Assembly: GCA_963741945.1 (NCBI GenBank)
Contig: CAVUKA010000002.1
Span: forward strand, 32,001-96,000
From: an uncultured Gemmatimonadales bacterium
GTDB taxonomy: Bacteria > Gemmatimonadota > Gemmatimonadetes > Longimicrobiales > RSA9
DNA: 64,000 bases
Direction of reading: 5' to 3'
The notes beneath the pieces are model-generated. The model had not been told where the DNA came from. It did not search any database and was given only the letters and a program-made list of their open reading frames with translations. The position numbers were made by a program, and so were the translations under genes. Every line of letters begins with the position of its first letter. The stretch's first letter is position 1. Positions 1-10,539 of the stretch are shown here, one piece after another.

Positions 1-1854
<1,854 letters not shown>

Positions 1855-1884
1855 AGCCGATCCCCTGAACGGAGAAGAGACCTG

Positions 1885-2262
1885 GTGCCGAAGATCCTGC
1901 TGGTGGAAGATGACGAGATGAACCGCGACATGCTGTCGCGCCGGTTGATCAAACGCGGCTACGACGTGGTGATCGCGACGGACGGACAGCAGGGCGTCGA
2001 CATGGCGCGGAGCGAGGACCCGGCCATCGTGCTCATGGACATGAGCCTCCCCGTGATCGACGGCTGGACGGCCACGCGCGCGCTGAAGGACGATCCGACC
2101 ACGGCCGCGATCCCCGTGATCGCCCTGACCGCGCACGCCATGTCCGGCGACGAGGACAAGGCGCGCTCGGCCGGCTGCGACGACTTCGACACCAAGCCCG
2201 TGGAGCTGAAGCGCCTGCTGGGGAAGATCGAAGCGCTGATCGGCGAAGTGTCGACCGGCTGA
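1885..2262 (+). CDS. Single-domain response regulator (DivK/CheY-like)
   Basis: ILLVEDD, LMDMSLP, ALTAHAM and TKPV motifs; GGAG RBS upstream of a GTG start. Confidence 0.95.
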   Translation: MPKILLVEDDEMNRDMLSRRLIKRGYDVVIATDGQQGVDMARSEDPAIVLMDMSLPVIDGWTATRALKDDPTTAAIPVIALTAHAMSGDEDKARSAGCDDFDTKPVELKRLLGKIEALIGEVSTG

Positions 2263-2339
2263 TCCACGGGCTGGCCTGCCTCCGGCGGCCGGCGCCAGGG
2301 CGAGGGCCCGACTCGATCCGTGGCCGACCGCCCCCCGTC

Positions 2340-4535
2340 CTAGGGGGCGGCGGCTTCCTTCGGCGCGGTGGTGGGCACGCCCTCCATTTCACCGGTCAGC
2401 GCGTGCACGCGCATCTGGCCGCTGCCCGCCACGTTCATCACGCCCCTGGCCTCCAGCCGGAACCGGTCGCGGAGGAGCGCGTGCGCGCCGGGCGTCACCA
2501 GCACGCTGCCGGCCGGGCCACTGGCCGCCAGGGCGGCGGCCGCCTCCACCGCCTCGCCCCACAGCTCGAAGCGCGGGCGGTCACGTCCCACCACGCCACC
2601 CACCACGGCGCCCGTGTGGACCGCCAGCCTCGCGGCGACGCCTTCCCCCCACGCCGCCACCGTGTCCAGCGCCAGCCCGGCGGCATCGGCCGCCGCATCG
2701 GCCGCCGTGCCGCCGGCGCCCATGACGGCCACGAAGCCATCGGCGCGCCAGACCACGGCGTCCACCGCGTGGGTGCGCGCCACTTCCTCGAAGCGGGCCA
2801 GGAGCTCGCGCAGCCCCGCCACCTTCTCGGCCGCATCGGCGCCCGCGGCCGGCCGCAGGGCGGACGGGAGGCGGCAGGCCACGACGGCGACATCCTCCCA
2901 GGTCTGGCAGATGTCCAGGTCGCCGGCGAGGACGCGATCGAGGACGGCGTCGGCGAACGTGCCGCGGAGGACGCGCTCCAGCAGGTCGAAGTCGGCCGCG
3001 ATCCGCTTGCGGTAGGCAGCTTCGCGACGCCGCATCTCGCGGAGATCGAGGGCGGCGGCGATGCGCGCTTCCAGGAGCGTGGGCTGGACGGGCTTGGTGA
3101 TGTAGTCGGCCGCCCCCATCTCGATGCAGTGCACTGCGCTGTCCGCCTCGTCGAGGGAGGAGAGCATGATCACCGGCGTGTCCTGGTGGCGCTCGGAGCC
3201 GTGGATCCTGCGGAGCGTCTCCACGCCGTCCATGACCGGCATGATCATGTCCAGCAGCACCAGGTCGAACGACTGCGCGTCCATGAGCTCCAGCGCCGCT
3301 TTCCCGTTCTCCGCAGTGGCGACGATGTAGCCCGATCGCGCCAGCTGCCGGGAGATGAGGTCGCGATTGGTCTCGTTGTCGTCCACCACCAGCAGCCGGC
3401 CCTCGCCTTCCGCCGCCGACCGGCCGGGCGACATCGTCCGGATCTTCGACAGGACGCCCCGCGTCAGCGCTGCGCTGGCTTCCAGTGAGGACGGAGCGCC
3501 GCCCACGGACCCGACCGCTGCGCCAGTGCCATTGCCGCCGCTGGCGCCCGGCCGGCCGCCGGAGCCCGCGGCGGGGGCCGCCATTCCGCCGGCAGCGGCC
3601 GCGATGCCCACGATGTCGCCGCTGGCGGCGAGGAGCCGCTGTGCGGCGTCCAGGATGCGCTGGAGGTCGGGGCGGAGGTGCTCGTGGCGCGGTGCGTCGC
3701 AGCACTCGATCAGCATCTCCGCGTAGCCCACCACCGCGTTGATGGGTGTGCGCAGGTCCACTTCCACCTGCGCAGCGAACGCCGGGAGGTCATCGAGGGC
3801 GCCGGCCGGGAGCCGCTCGGGCCGGAGGAGCGCATCAAGACGATCGAGCAGGCGACGACCGGACTCACGGATCCGCCCCAGGTCCGCCACCAGCTCGGGG
3901 TCCTCCACATCCTCCATCAGCATCTCGGAATACCCGATGATGCCGTTGATCGGCGTACGAAGCTCGTGGCGCACGTGACCGAGCGTGGCCTGTCGCACCC
4001 GCTCCGGATCCGCGTCCGCGACGGCGGCGCCGGCCGCTCCATCCCCGTCGCCCCCCACCATGGTGGCGCCGCCCGTCCCGGGGCCGCCGCCTCCGGCCAC
4101 GACAGTCCCGGGGGGCCGCCTCCGCCGCAGCGGCGCTTCCGGCACCGACACCGCGTCCGAACGGCGGAACGCTTCCGAGAGGTCCCCCCGCGGGCGGACC
4201 GACCGGCCCTCATGGGAGCCCGGGCCGTGCGCCGGGGTGTCGCTCCGGACCAGGCCCGTCGACGATATGTCGAACACCCACGCCAGGACCAGCACCAACG
4301 GGAATCCCAGGATCAGGATCACCGTGACCAGGCGCGCGGTCCAGGCCGGGAAGAGGAGCGCATCGAAAATGGCGCCGGACAGCTCGATGACCAGCGCGCC
4401 CAGGACGACGTACGCCGCCGCGGAGCCGAAGACTCGACGCCGCTTCAGCTCGTTGTAAAAGCGCAGCAGACGGGGTGGCAGACTCGGAGGCAAGCGCTCG
4501 GGGGGGTGGAGAGTCGCAGGAATTTCAAGGGGCAT
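2340..4535 (-). CDS. Membrane-anchored twin HisKA(DHp)-REC-class III cyclase-like protein, cyclase apparently degenerate
   Basis: N-terminal LKRRRVF plus two TM helices; RHELRTPINGIIGY and EVDLRTPINAVVGY; REC (LLVVDD, LLDMIMP, TKP); cyclase-like VHTGAVVGGVVG..FELWGE; ATG at 4535 chosen as start. Confidence 0.85.
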   Translation of the reverse strand: MPLEIPATLHPPERLPPSLPPRLLRFYNELKRRRVFGSAAAYVVLGALVIELSGAIFDALLFPAWTARLVTVILILGFPLVLVLAWVFDISSTGLVRSDTPAHGPGSHEGRSVRPRGDLSEAFRRSDAVSVPEAPLRRRRPPGTVVAGGGGPGTGGATMVGGDGDGAAGAAVADADPERVRQATLGHVRHELRTPINGIIGYSEMLMEDVEDPELVADLGRIRESGRRLLDRLDALLRPERLPAGALDDLPAFAAQVEVDLRTPINAVVGYAEMLIECCDAPRHEHLRPDLQRILDAAQRLLAASGDIVGIAAAAGGMAAPAAGSGGRPGASGGNGTGAAVGSVGGAPSSLEASAALTRGVLSKIRTMSPGRSAAEGEGRLLVVDDNETNRDLISRQLARSGYIVATAENGKAALELMDAQSFDLVLLDMIMPVMDGVETLRRIHGSERHQDTPVIMLSSLDEADSAVHCIEMGAADYITKPVQPTLLEARIAAALDLREMRRREAAYRKRIAADFDLLERVLRGTFADAVLDRVLAGDLDICQTWEDVAVVACRLPSALRPAAGADAAEKVAGLRELLARFEEVARTHAVDAVVWRADGFVAVMGAGGTAADAAADAAGLALDTVAAWGEGVAARLAVHTGAVVGGVVGRDRPRFELWGEAVEAAAALAASGPAGSVLVTPGAHALLRDRFRLEARGVMNVAGSGQMRVHALTGEMEGVPTTAPKEAAAP

Positions 4536-4646
4536 TGTAAGGTTGCACCCCACGGGGTCGGAGGCAAGAGCCGCGTGGCGACGGTTCGGCGTGGCCGCAG
4601 AACTGTCACGCTCCGCGACGGAAGCTCCGCGAGCGCGGCGAGTGCG

Positions 4647-7316
4647 TCAGGCGGCCTGCGGGCCGAGGACTTCAGCCACCTTCTGGACCAGCGCTTCGGG
4701 AGTGAAGGGCTTGGGCAGGAAAGCGTGGGCGCCATCGGCAATGCCGCGGCGGACCACGTCGTCGCTGGTGTAGCCGGAAATGAAGAGGATGGGGGTATCG
4801 GGCCGTGAAGCGGCGAAGCGCTCGGCCACCTCGCGGCCGGAGAGGCCGGGCATGACCAGGTCCGCCACGAGGAGGTCGATGCGGCCGCGGTGGTCGGCCG
4901 CGCTCCGGAGGGCCTCTTGCCCGTCCGCGGCCTCCAGGACGGTGTAGCCGCGGCGCTGGAGGATCTTGCGCAGGAGCGCGCGGATGGGAGCCTCGTCCTC
5001 TACCACGAGGATGGTGGCACCGTGCTGGTCCCGGGCAGGACGCGCACCAGGGGCCTCCCCTCCCCTGGGGGCGCCCGTCTCGACGGATCGGTCCGCCTCG
5101 ACCGGTGGGTCCGTCTCGACCGTTCGGTCCGTCTCGTGGGCCTCATGGGCCTCGTGGGCGGGGAGGAAGACGCGGAAGACGGAGCCGCGTCCGGGCTCGC
5201 TGTCGACGCTGATGGCGCCGCCAGACTGGCGCACCCATCCATAGACGGTGCTGAGCCCGAGGCCGTTCCCGTCACCCGCGGCCTTGGTGGTATAGAACGG
5301 CTCGAATATGCGGGCGCGGATGGCGTCATCCATGCCGCGGCCGTCATCGGCGACGCTGAGGACCACGTAGCGGCCCGGCTCCTCGCCGAGCTCCCGGGCG
5401 AGGGGGTGGGTCGGTCCGAGCTCCGTGAGTGCCGTGGAGATCTCGATCGTGCCGTCGCCGGCAATGGCAGCGCGGGCGTTGAGGACGAGGTCCATCAGGA
5501 CCTGCTCGAGCTGGGCGCGGTCGGCGCGGATCCGGGCGCCGTGGGGGTCGAGCCGGGTGCGCAGGCGGATGCGCTCCCCCACCACGCGGCTGAGCATGGA
5601 CTCCAGCTCGGCGACGATCCCGTTGAGGTCGAGGACGCGCGCGGGCGCCATCTTTCGCCGGCTGAACGCGAGGAGCTGGTCGGTGAGGCGGGCGGCGCGG
5701 GCGGCGCCGCGGCGGACCTCGTCGAGGTCGGTGGCGAGATCGGAATCGGGGGCCACCCGCTCCGCCATGAGCTCCACGTAGCCCTGGATGGCGGTGAGAA
5801 TGTTGTTGAAGTCGTGGGCCACACCGCCCGCGAGGCGGCCAATGGCCTCGAGCTTCCGGGACTGCTGGAGCCGGACTTCGAGGTCCCGGGCGTCCGTGAC
5901 GTCGCGGCTGTTGATGACGATCCCGCGCACGGCCGGGTCGTGGAGGAGGTTGGTGGAGCGGGCCTGGAAGACGCGGTAGCTGCCGTCGACGTGCCGCACG
6001 CGCGCCTCCGCCGTCGCGCTGGTGCCGGGGGCGGCGAGCAAACGGGCCAGGCCCTTCTGGAGGCGCTCGCGATCGTCGGGGTGGACGCGGTCGTAGAGCG
6101 ACGCTCCGCTGGCGGGGGTGTACCCGAGATTCCGGGTGACGGCCGGGCTCTCGTACCTGACCCGCCCCTCCTCGTCCAACACCGTGATCATGTCGCCGGC
6201 GTTCTCGATCAGGGCGCGGAACCACTGCTCCCGGCGGCCCAGCTCCGCCGCGGCGCGCTTCTCCTCGCGGATGTCGCGCGCCACGACCACGATACCGGCC
6301 GCCTGGCCCGTCCGTGAGCGCAGCGTGCCCGCGGACACGGCCACATCGATGACGTCGCCGCCCCGGGTCCGCACCCGCATCTCCCGGCTCTCACGCCGCA
6401 CTTCACCGCCCAGAATGCGCTCCGCGTCCGCCTCGCCGAATACCGCCGGAAGGTGCATGGCCCTGAGACCACCGTCGTCGTAGCCCAGGATCCGGCGCGC
6501 TGCCGGATTGGCGATGACCACGCGCCCCCCGGGGTCGCAGACCAGGAGCGGCTCGGCCATGGTCTGGAGGATCTTGTCCGCCGCGTACTGCGGCGTGATC
6601 TGCGGGAGGTGGTACCGGTTGACCACCCAGGCGGCGCTGAGCAGGAAGGCGGGGAAGAAGACGAATCCCAGCGGCGCCATGTCCACGCCGTAGGACGGGG
6701 CGTAGTCAATGAAGCCGAAGCCGGCGATGCACAGCGGGACGGCGAACCAGCGGATCCGCGCACGCTGGACCGGATCGGCGCCCCGGTACTCGCGGGCATA
6801 ATCCAGCATGGTGAGACCGAACAGGAGCGCGGACCAGGCCACGAACAGCAGGCTTCCCGGCGTGAGCCGAGTGAACCAGCCCCACTCCGTACGGTGAACA
6901 CCCGCCACCACGCTGTCCGTCAGCACGGCCGCCAGGGAATAGCCGATCCCCACCAGCCACGCCGCGTGCACCAGCCGCCGCCGTGCGCGCGCGAGGCCGA
7001 GCACGTGCATGCTGAAGTGGTACAGGGCCGGGATGATGAACGGCACACCCACGTACGCGAGCTTCGCCCAGATCAGCGCCCGCGCGGCGTCCTGGCTGTC
7101 CAGCATGCGCGAGAAGCTGAAAAGGTACAGCGTCAGCGCCAGCGCGCCCGCCAGGAACGGCAGGCTGATCGGCCGGCCTCGCTCCCGCCCCACCACCCAG
7201 ATCCCGGTCACCAGGGCCAGCGCGGCGCAGGCGGCGATCGGCAGAGCGAGCGCGCTGTGCCCGGCGGCTCCCGCCACCCCGTAGTGGAGCGCGGCGATCA
7301 CAGGGTATTGGCTCAT
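4647..7316 (-). CDS. Hybrid sensor kinase (N-terminal 7TM sensor, 2 PAS, HisKA, HATPase, REC)
   Basis: Hydrophobic N-terminus; GGVAHDFNNILTAI H-box; IFEPFYTTK; GLGLSTVYG; C-terminal receiver; start MSQYP at 7316 (longer ORF overlaps the divergent gene). Confidence 0.92.
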   Translation of the reverse strand: MSQYPVIAALHYGVAGAAGHSALALPIAACAALALVTGIWVVGRERGRPISLPFLAGALALTLYLFSFSRMLDSQDAARALIWAKLAYVGVPFIIPALYHFSMHVLGLARARRRLVHAAWLVGIGYSLAAVLTDSVVAGVHRTEWGWFTRLTPGSLLFVAWSALLFGLTMLDYAREYRGADPVQRARIRWFAVPLCIAGFGFIDYAPSYGVDMAPLGFVFFPAFLLSAAWVVNRYHLPQITPQYAADKILQTMAEPLLVCDPGGRVVIANPAARRILGYDDGGLRAMHLPAVFGEADAERILGGEVRRESREMRVRTRGGDVIDVAVSAGTLRSRTGQAAGIVVVARDIREEKRAAAELGRREQWFRALIENAGDMITVLDEEGRVRYESPAVTRNLGYTPASGASLYDRVHPDDRERLQKGLARLLAAPGTSATAEARVRHVDGSYRVFQARSTNLLHDPAVRGIVINSRDVTDARDLEVRLQQSRKLEAIGRLAGGVAHDFNNILTAIQGYVELMAERVAPDSDLATDLDEVRRGAARAARLTDQLLAFSRRKMAPARVLDLNGIVAELESMLSRVVGERIRLRTRLDPHGARIRADRAQLEQVLMDLVLNARAAIAGDGTIEISTALTELGPTHPLARELGEEPGRYVVLSVADDGRGMDDAIRARIFEPFYTTKAAGDGNGLGLSTVYGWVRQSGGAISVDSEPGRGSVFRVFLPAHEAHEAHETDRTVETDPPVEADRSVETGAPRGGEAPGARPARDQHGATILVVEDEAPIRALLRKILQRRGYTVLEAADGQEALRSAADHRGRIDLLVADLVMPGLSGREVAERFAASRPDTPILFISGYTSDDVVRRGIADGAHAFLPKPFTPEALVQKVAEVLGPQAA

Positions 7317-7394
7317 ACTGTTCGTAGCATCGGCACAGCCCGGTGAATCTTGAGTGTGCGGCCGAACCAGCCTGCCGCTGTCACACGGATGCGA

Positions 7395-7400
7395 TACCTT
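7395..7400 (+). promoter_or_regulatory. Putative -10 element (TACCTT) of a leaderless transcript
   Basis: TANNNT exactly 7 nt before ATG 7408; no Shine-Dalgarno. Confidence 0.45.
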
Positions 7401-7407
7401 TGGAACC

Positions 7408-10400
7408 ATGATTTCCGATTCCAAGTTCCCCATCCTGCTCCGATCCCTCGACCGCGCCACGCGCGAGCGCCCGCACGCGCGCAAGCTCCTGCTGTGCTCG
7501 CGCCCCGCGGAAGGGCGTGAGCTGCTGCGATCCCTGGCGCTTTCCGGCGTGCCGTGGCTGGGCTGGGAGCCGCTCTCGCTGCGGCAGCTGGCGCTGACGG
7601 TGGCGGGCGGTGCGCTGGCGGTGGCGGAGCTCCGCGTGGCGGACGCGTTCGACGTGATGGCGGTGGTGGACGCGGCCATTGATGAAGCCGTGGCGGAGGG
7701 CGGGGCGCGCCCGTTCCGCGGCGGGGTGCCGGGTCCGTACCGTGACCCGATCCGGCGGAGCGTGGAAACGCTGCGAGCGGCGGGCCTGGGGGCGAGCGCG
7801 CTGCGGCGGGCGGAGTCGGGCGACGGCCGGCTGGACCTGCTGGCGCGGGTGCTGGAGCGCTACGAGGCCGGGCTGAGCGCGTCGGCGCTGGTGGACGGCC
7901 CCGGGCTGCTGGCGCGTGCGGAGGAGGCGCTGGGGGCCGGCGGCGTGCCGGAAGCGCTGGCGGGTGCGCGGCTCCATCTGCTGCCCGGGCTGGACGCGGG
8001 CGGGGTAGCGGGGCGGCTGGTGGCGCGTCTGATGGAGCTGGGCGCGCGCGTGCTGGAGACCGATGCCACGCCCGGTGCCCCGACGCCGGCGCACACGGTG
8101 TGGGCGGCCCCGGCGGAGCCGGAAGGCGGGCTGTCGTGGCTGAGCACGCGGCTGGACGGGGCACTGCCGCCGTCGCTGGAGGCGGGCGGTCTGCCGGGGG
8201 GCCTGCACCTGTTCGCGGCGGCGACACCGGCGGACGAAGTGCGGGAAGTTCTGCGGCGGGTGGTGGCGGCGGGGGTCCCGTGGGACCGGGTGGAGATCAT
8301 CGCGACGGACGCGGACGTGTACGGGAACGCGCTGGACGGCCTGGCCCGCCGGCTCGGGATCCCCGTGAGCTACGCGGAAGGGCTGGACATCCGGCGGACG
8401 CGGGCGGGCCGCGTGGCGGAGGCGTACTTCCGCTGGCTGGCGGACGGCTTCCCCGCCGACGTGATCCGCCGCCTGCTGGAGACCGGGGACGTGGCGCCGC
8501 CCGGGCCGTCGTCCGCATCGGCATCGGCGCTCGCGCGCCGGCTGCGGCGCCTGCGGATCGGCTGGGGCTACGACCGCTACCTGCCGGCGATCGACCGTGC
8601 GCTGGAAGCGGCGGCAGGGGCGAGTCCGCGGGAGGGTGATGGTGACCCCGAGGCCGCGGCCGATGCGCTGGCGCGGGAGCGGACGGAGCTGAAGGCGCTG
8701 CGGTCGCTGCTCGCCCCCGTGCTGGAGGCGACGCCCCGCCTGGCCGACCGCCACGCCATCGACACCGCCCGCACCTCCCCCGCGCGCCTGGCCGGGGGGC
8801 TGCTCGAGCTGCTGGCGCTGGTGCCGCCGGGCGACGAGGTGGAGCGGGCGGCGAAGCTGGTGCTCGGCGAGCGGCTGGAGCGGGCGCGCGCCACGCTGGA
8901 CCGGGAGACCGGGTGGCGGACGGCCACGGCCATGCTGCGCGCACGGCTGCGCACGCGCATCTCCCCGGCGGGCGACGACGGGCAGCTGTCGCCCTGGACG
9001 TCGGCGGGCGGGCGGCTCCACCTGAGCGACATCGCCTCCGGCGGGCTCGCGGCGCGGCCGCACACGTTCGTGGTGGGGCTGGCCGCGGGGGCGGTGGGCC
9101 CCGGCGCGTCGGACCCGATGCTCCCGGACCGGGAGCGCGCCGCGCTGGGCCTGCCCACCACCGCGGACCGGCTGGCCGCGTCGCGGCACGCGCTGGCATC
9201 GGTGCTGGCGCGGCTGCGAGGTTCGGTGACGCTGTCGTACGCGGCGTGGGACATGGCCGAAGGGCGCGTGGTGGCGCCCGCGCCGGAGCTGCTGCAGGCG
9301 CTGCGGCTGCTGGACGCGGACCCGTCGCGGACGTACGAGGACCTGCGGAAGCGCCTGGGCCGGCTCGCCTGCGCGGTCCCGGCCGAGGGCGCCGGCGCGC
9401 TGGACGCGGCGGACGTCTGGCTGGACGCGCTCTCGGCGCCGGATGGTCTGCTGCGGGATGGCGCGGCCGCGGTGCGCACGCTGTACCCGGGGCTGGCCGC
9501 GGGACTGGGCGCGGGGGAGGCGAGGCGCGCGTCGTCGCTGACGGCGTGGGACGGGCGGGTGGCGCCGGACCCGGCACTGGATCCGCGGCGCAGCGGCGTC
9601 GTGCACTCGGCTTCGCGGCTGGAAGCGCTGGGCGCGTGCCCGCTCCGCTACTTCTACCGCTACGTGCTGGACGCTCGGCCGGTGCGCGATCCGGGGTACG
9701 ACCCGGAGAGCTGGCTGGACGCGCTGGAGCGGGGTTCACTGCTGCACGCGGTGTACGAGCACGCGGTGGTGCGGGCGGGCGTGGGCGCGGACTACGGCGG
9801 GGCGTCGTTCGAAGCGCTGGCGATGGACGCGCTGGAGGACGCGGTGCATCGCACGCTGCGTCGCCTGCCTTCGCCGAGCGAGGCGGTGCTGCGGTCGGAG
9901 CTGCTGGCGCTGCAGGACGACGTGCGGTCCTTCGTGGTCATGCTCCGGGATCGGCGTCCGCGCGTGGTGCGGACGGAGCTGGCGTTCGGCCCCGAAACGG
10001 ACGCGGAGTCGGAGGGTGAAGTCGAGCTGTCGGTGCCCGGCGGTCGGCTGCGCCTGCGCGGGCGGGTGGACCGGCTCGACGCGCTGGACGGGGGCGGGCT
10101 GCGCGTGGTGGACTACAAGACGGGACGGCCATCGCGCTACCGGGAGGCGCTTCCGTTCGACGGCGGGCGGCGGCTCCAGCACCTGCTCTACTCGCTGGCG
10201 GTGGAGCAGCTCCGACCGGGCGAGCGCGTGGGCGTCATGGAGTACCACTTCCCCACGGCGCGTGGCGAGAACCACGTGACGCGCTACCACCGCGAGCAGC
10301 TGGAACCGGGAGGCGAAGTGCTGCGGATGCTGCTCCAGCTGGCCGCGGACGGGCTGTTCATCCCGACGGACGACGACGGCGACTGCCGCTACTGCGACTT

Positions 10401-10539
10401 CGGCGCAGTCTGCCGCGTGACCACGAACGACTGGGGCTCGGCCGACTCGCCGCGTGCGCGATGGGCGAAGGAGTCGGGGATGCTGCTACCCGAGTACGCG
10501 CCGCTGGTGCAGCTGCGGGGCGGGGAGGTGGAGGCATGA
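7408..10539 (+). CDS. addB: AddB-like subunit: inactive helicase-like region plus C-terminal PD-(D/E)XK nuclease with Fe-S cysteines
   Basis: SASRLEALGACPLRYF; RGRVDRLD..VVDYKTG; QHLLY; CRYCDFGAVC; ATGA overlap with addA. Confidence 0.85.
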   Translation: MISDSKFPILLRSLDRATRERPHARKLLLCSRPAEGRELLRSLALSGVPWLGWEPLSLRQLALTVAGGALAVAELRVADAFDVMAVVDAAIDEAVAEGGARPFRGGVPGPYRDPIRRSVETLRAAGLGASALRRAESGDGRLDLLARVLERYEAGLSASALVDGPGLLARAEEALGAGGVPEALAGARLHLLPGLDAGGVAGRLVARLMELGARVLETDATPGAPTPAHTVWAAPAEPEGGLSWLSTRLDGALPPSLEAGGLPGGLHLFAAATPADEVREVLRRVVAAGVPWDRVEIIATDADVYGNALDGLARRLGIPVSYAEGLDIRRTRAGRVAEAYFRWLADGFPADVIRRLLETGDVAPPGPSSASASALARRLRRLRIGWGYDRYLPAIDRALEAAAGASPREGDGDPEAAADALARERTELKALRSLLAPVLEATPRLADRHAIDTARTSPARLAGGLLELLALVPPGDEVERAAKLVLGERLERARATLDRETGWRTATAMLRARLRTRISPAGDDGQLSPWTSAGGRLHLSDIASGGLAARPHTFVVGLAAGAVGPGASDPMLPDRERAALGLPTTADRLAASRHALASVLARLRGSVTLSYAAWDMAEGRVVAPAPELLQALRLLDADPSRTYEDLRKRLGRLACAVPAEGAGALDAADVWLDALSAPDGLLRDGAAAVRTLYPGLAAGLGAGEARRASSLTAWDGRVAPDPALDPRRSGVVHSASRLEALGACPLRYFYRYVLDARPVRDPGYDPESWLDALERGSLLHAVYEHAVVRAGVGADYGGASFEALAMDALEDAVHRTLRRLPSPSEAVLRSELLALQDDVRSFVVMLRDRRPRVVRTELAFGPETDAESEGEVELSVPGGRLRLRGRVDRLDALDGGGLRVVDYKTGRPSRYREALPFDGGRRLQHLLYSLAVEQLRPGERVGVMEYHFPTARGENHVTRYHREQLEPGGEVLRMLLQLAADGLFIPTDDDGDCRYCDFGAVCRVTTNDWGSADSPRARWAKESGMLLPEYAPLVQLRGGEVEA

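Noticed and set aside
9600-10539. Cas4 call for the Fe-S PD-(D/E)XK domain
   Set aside because: It is the C-terminus of a roughly 1040-aa protein coupled to a UvrD helicase-nuclease, i.e. AddB-like
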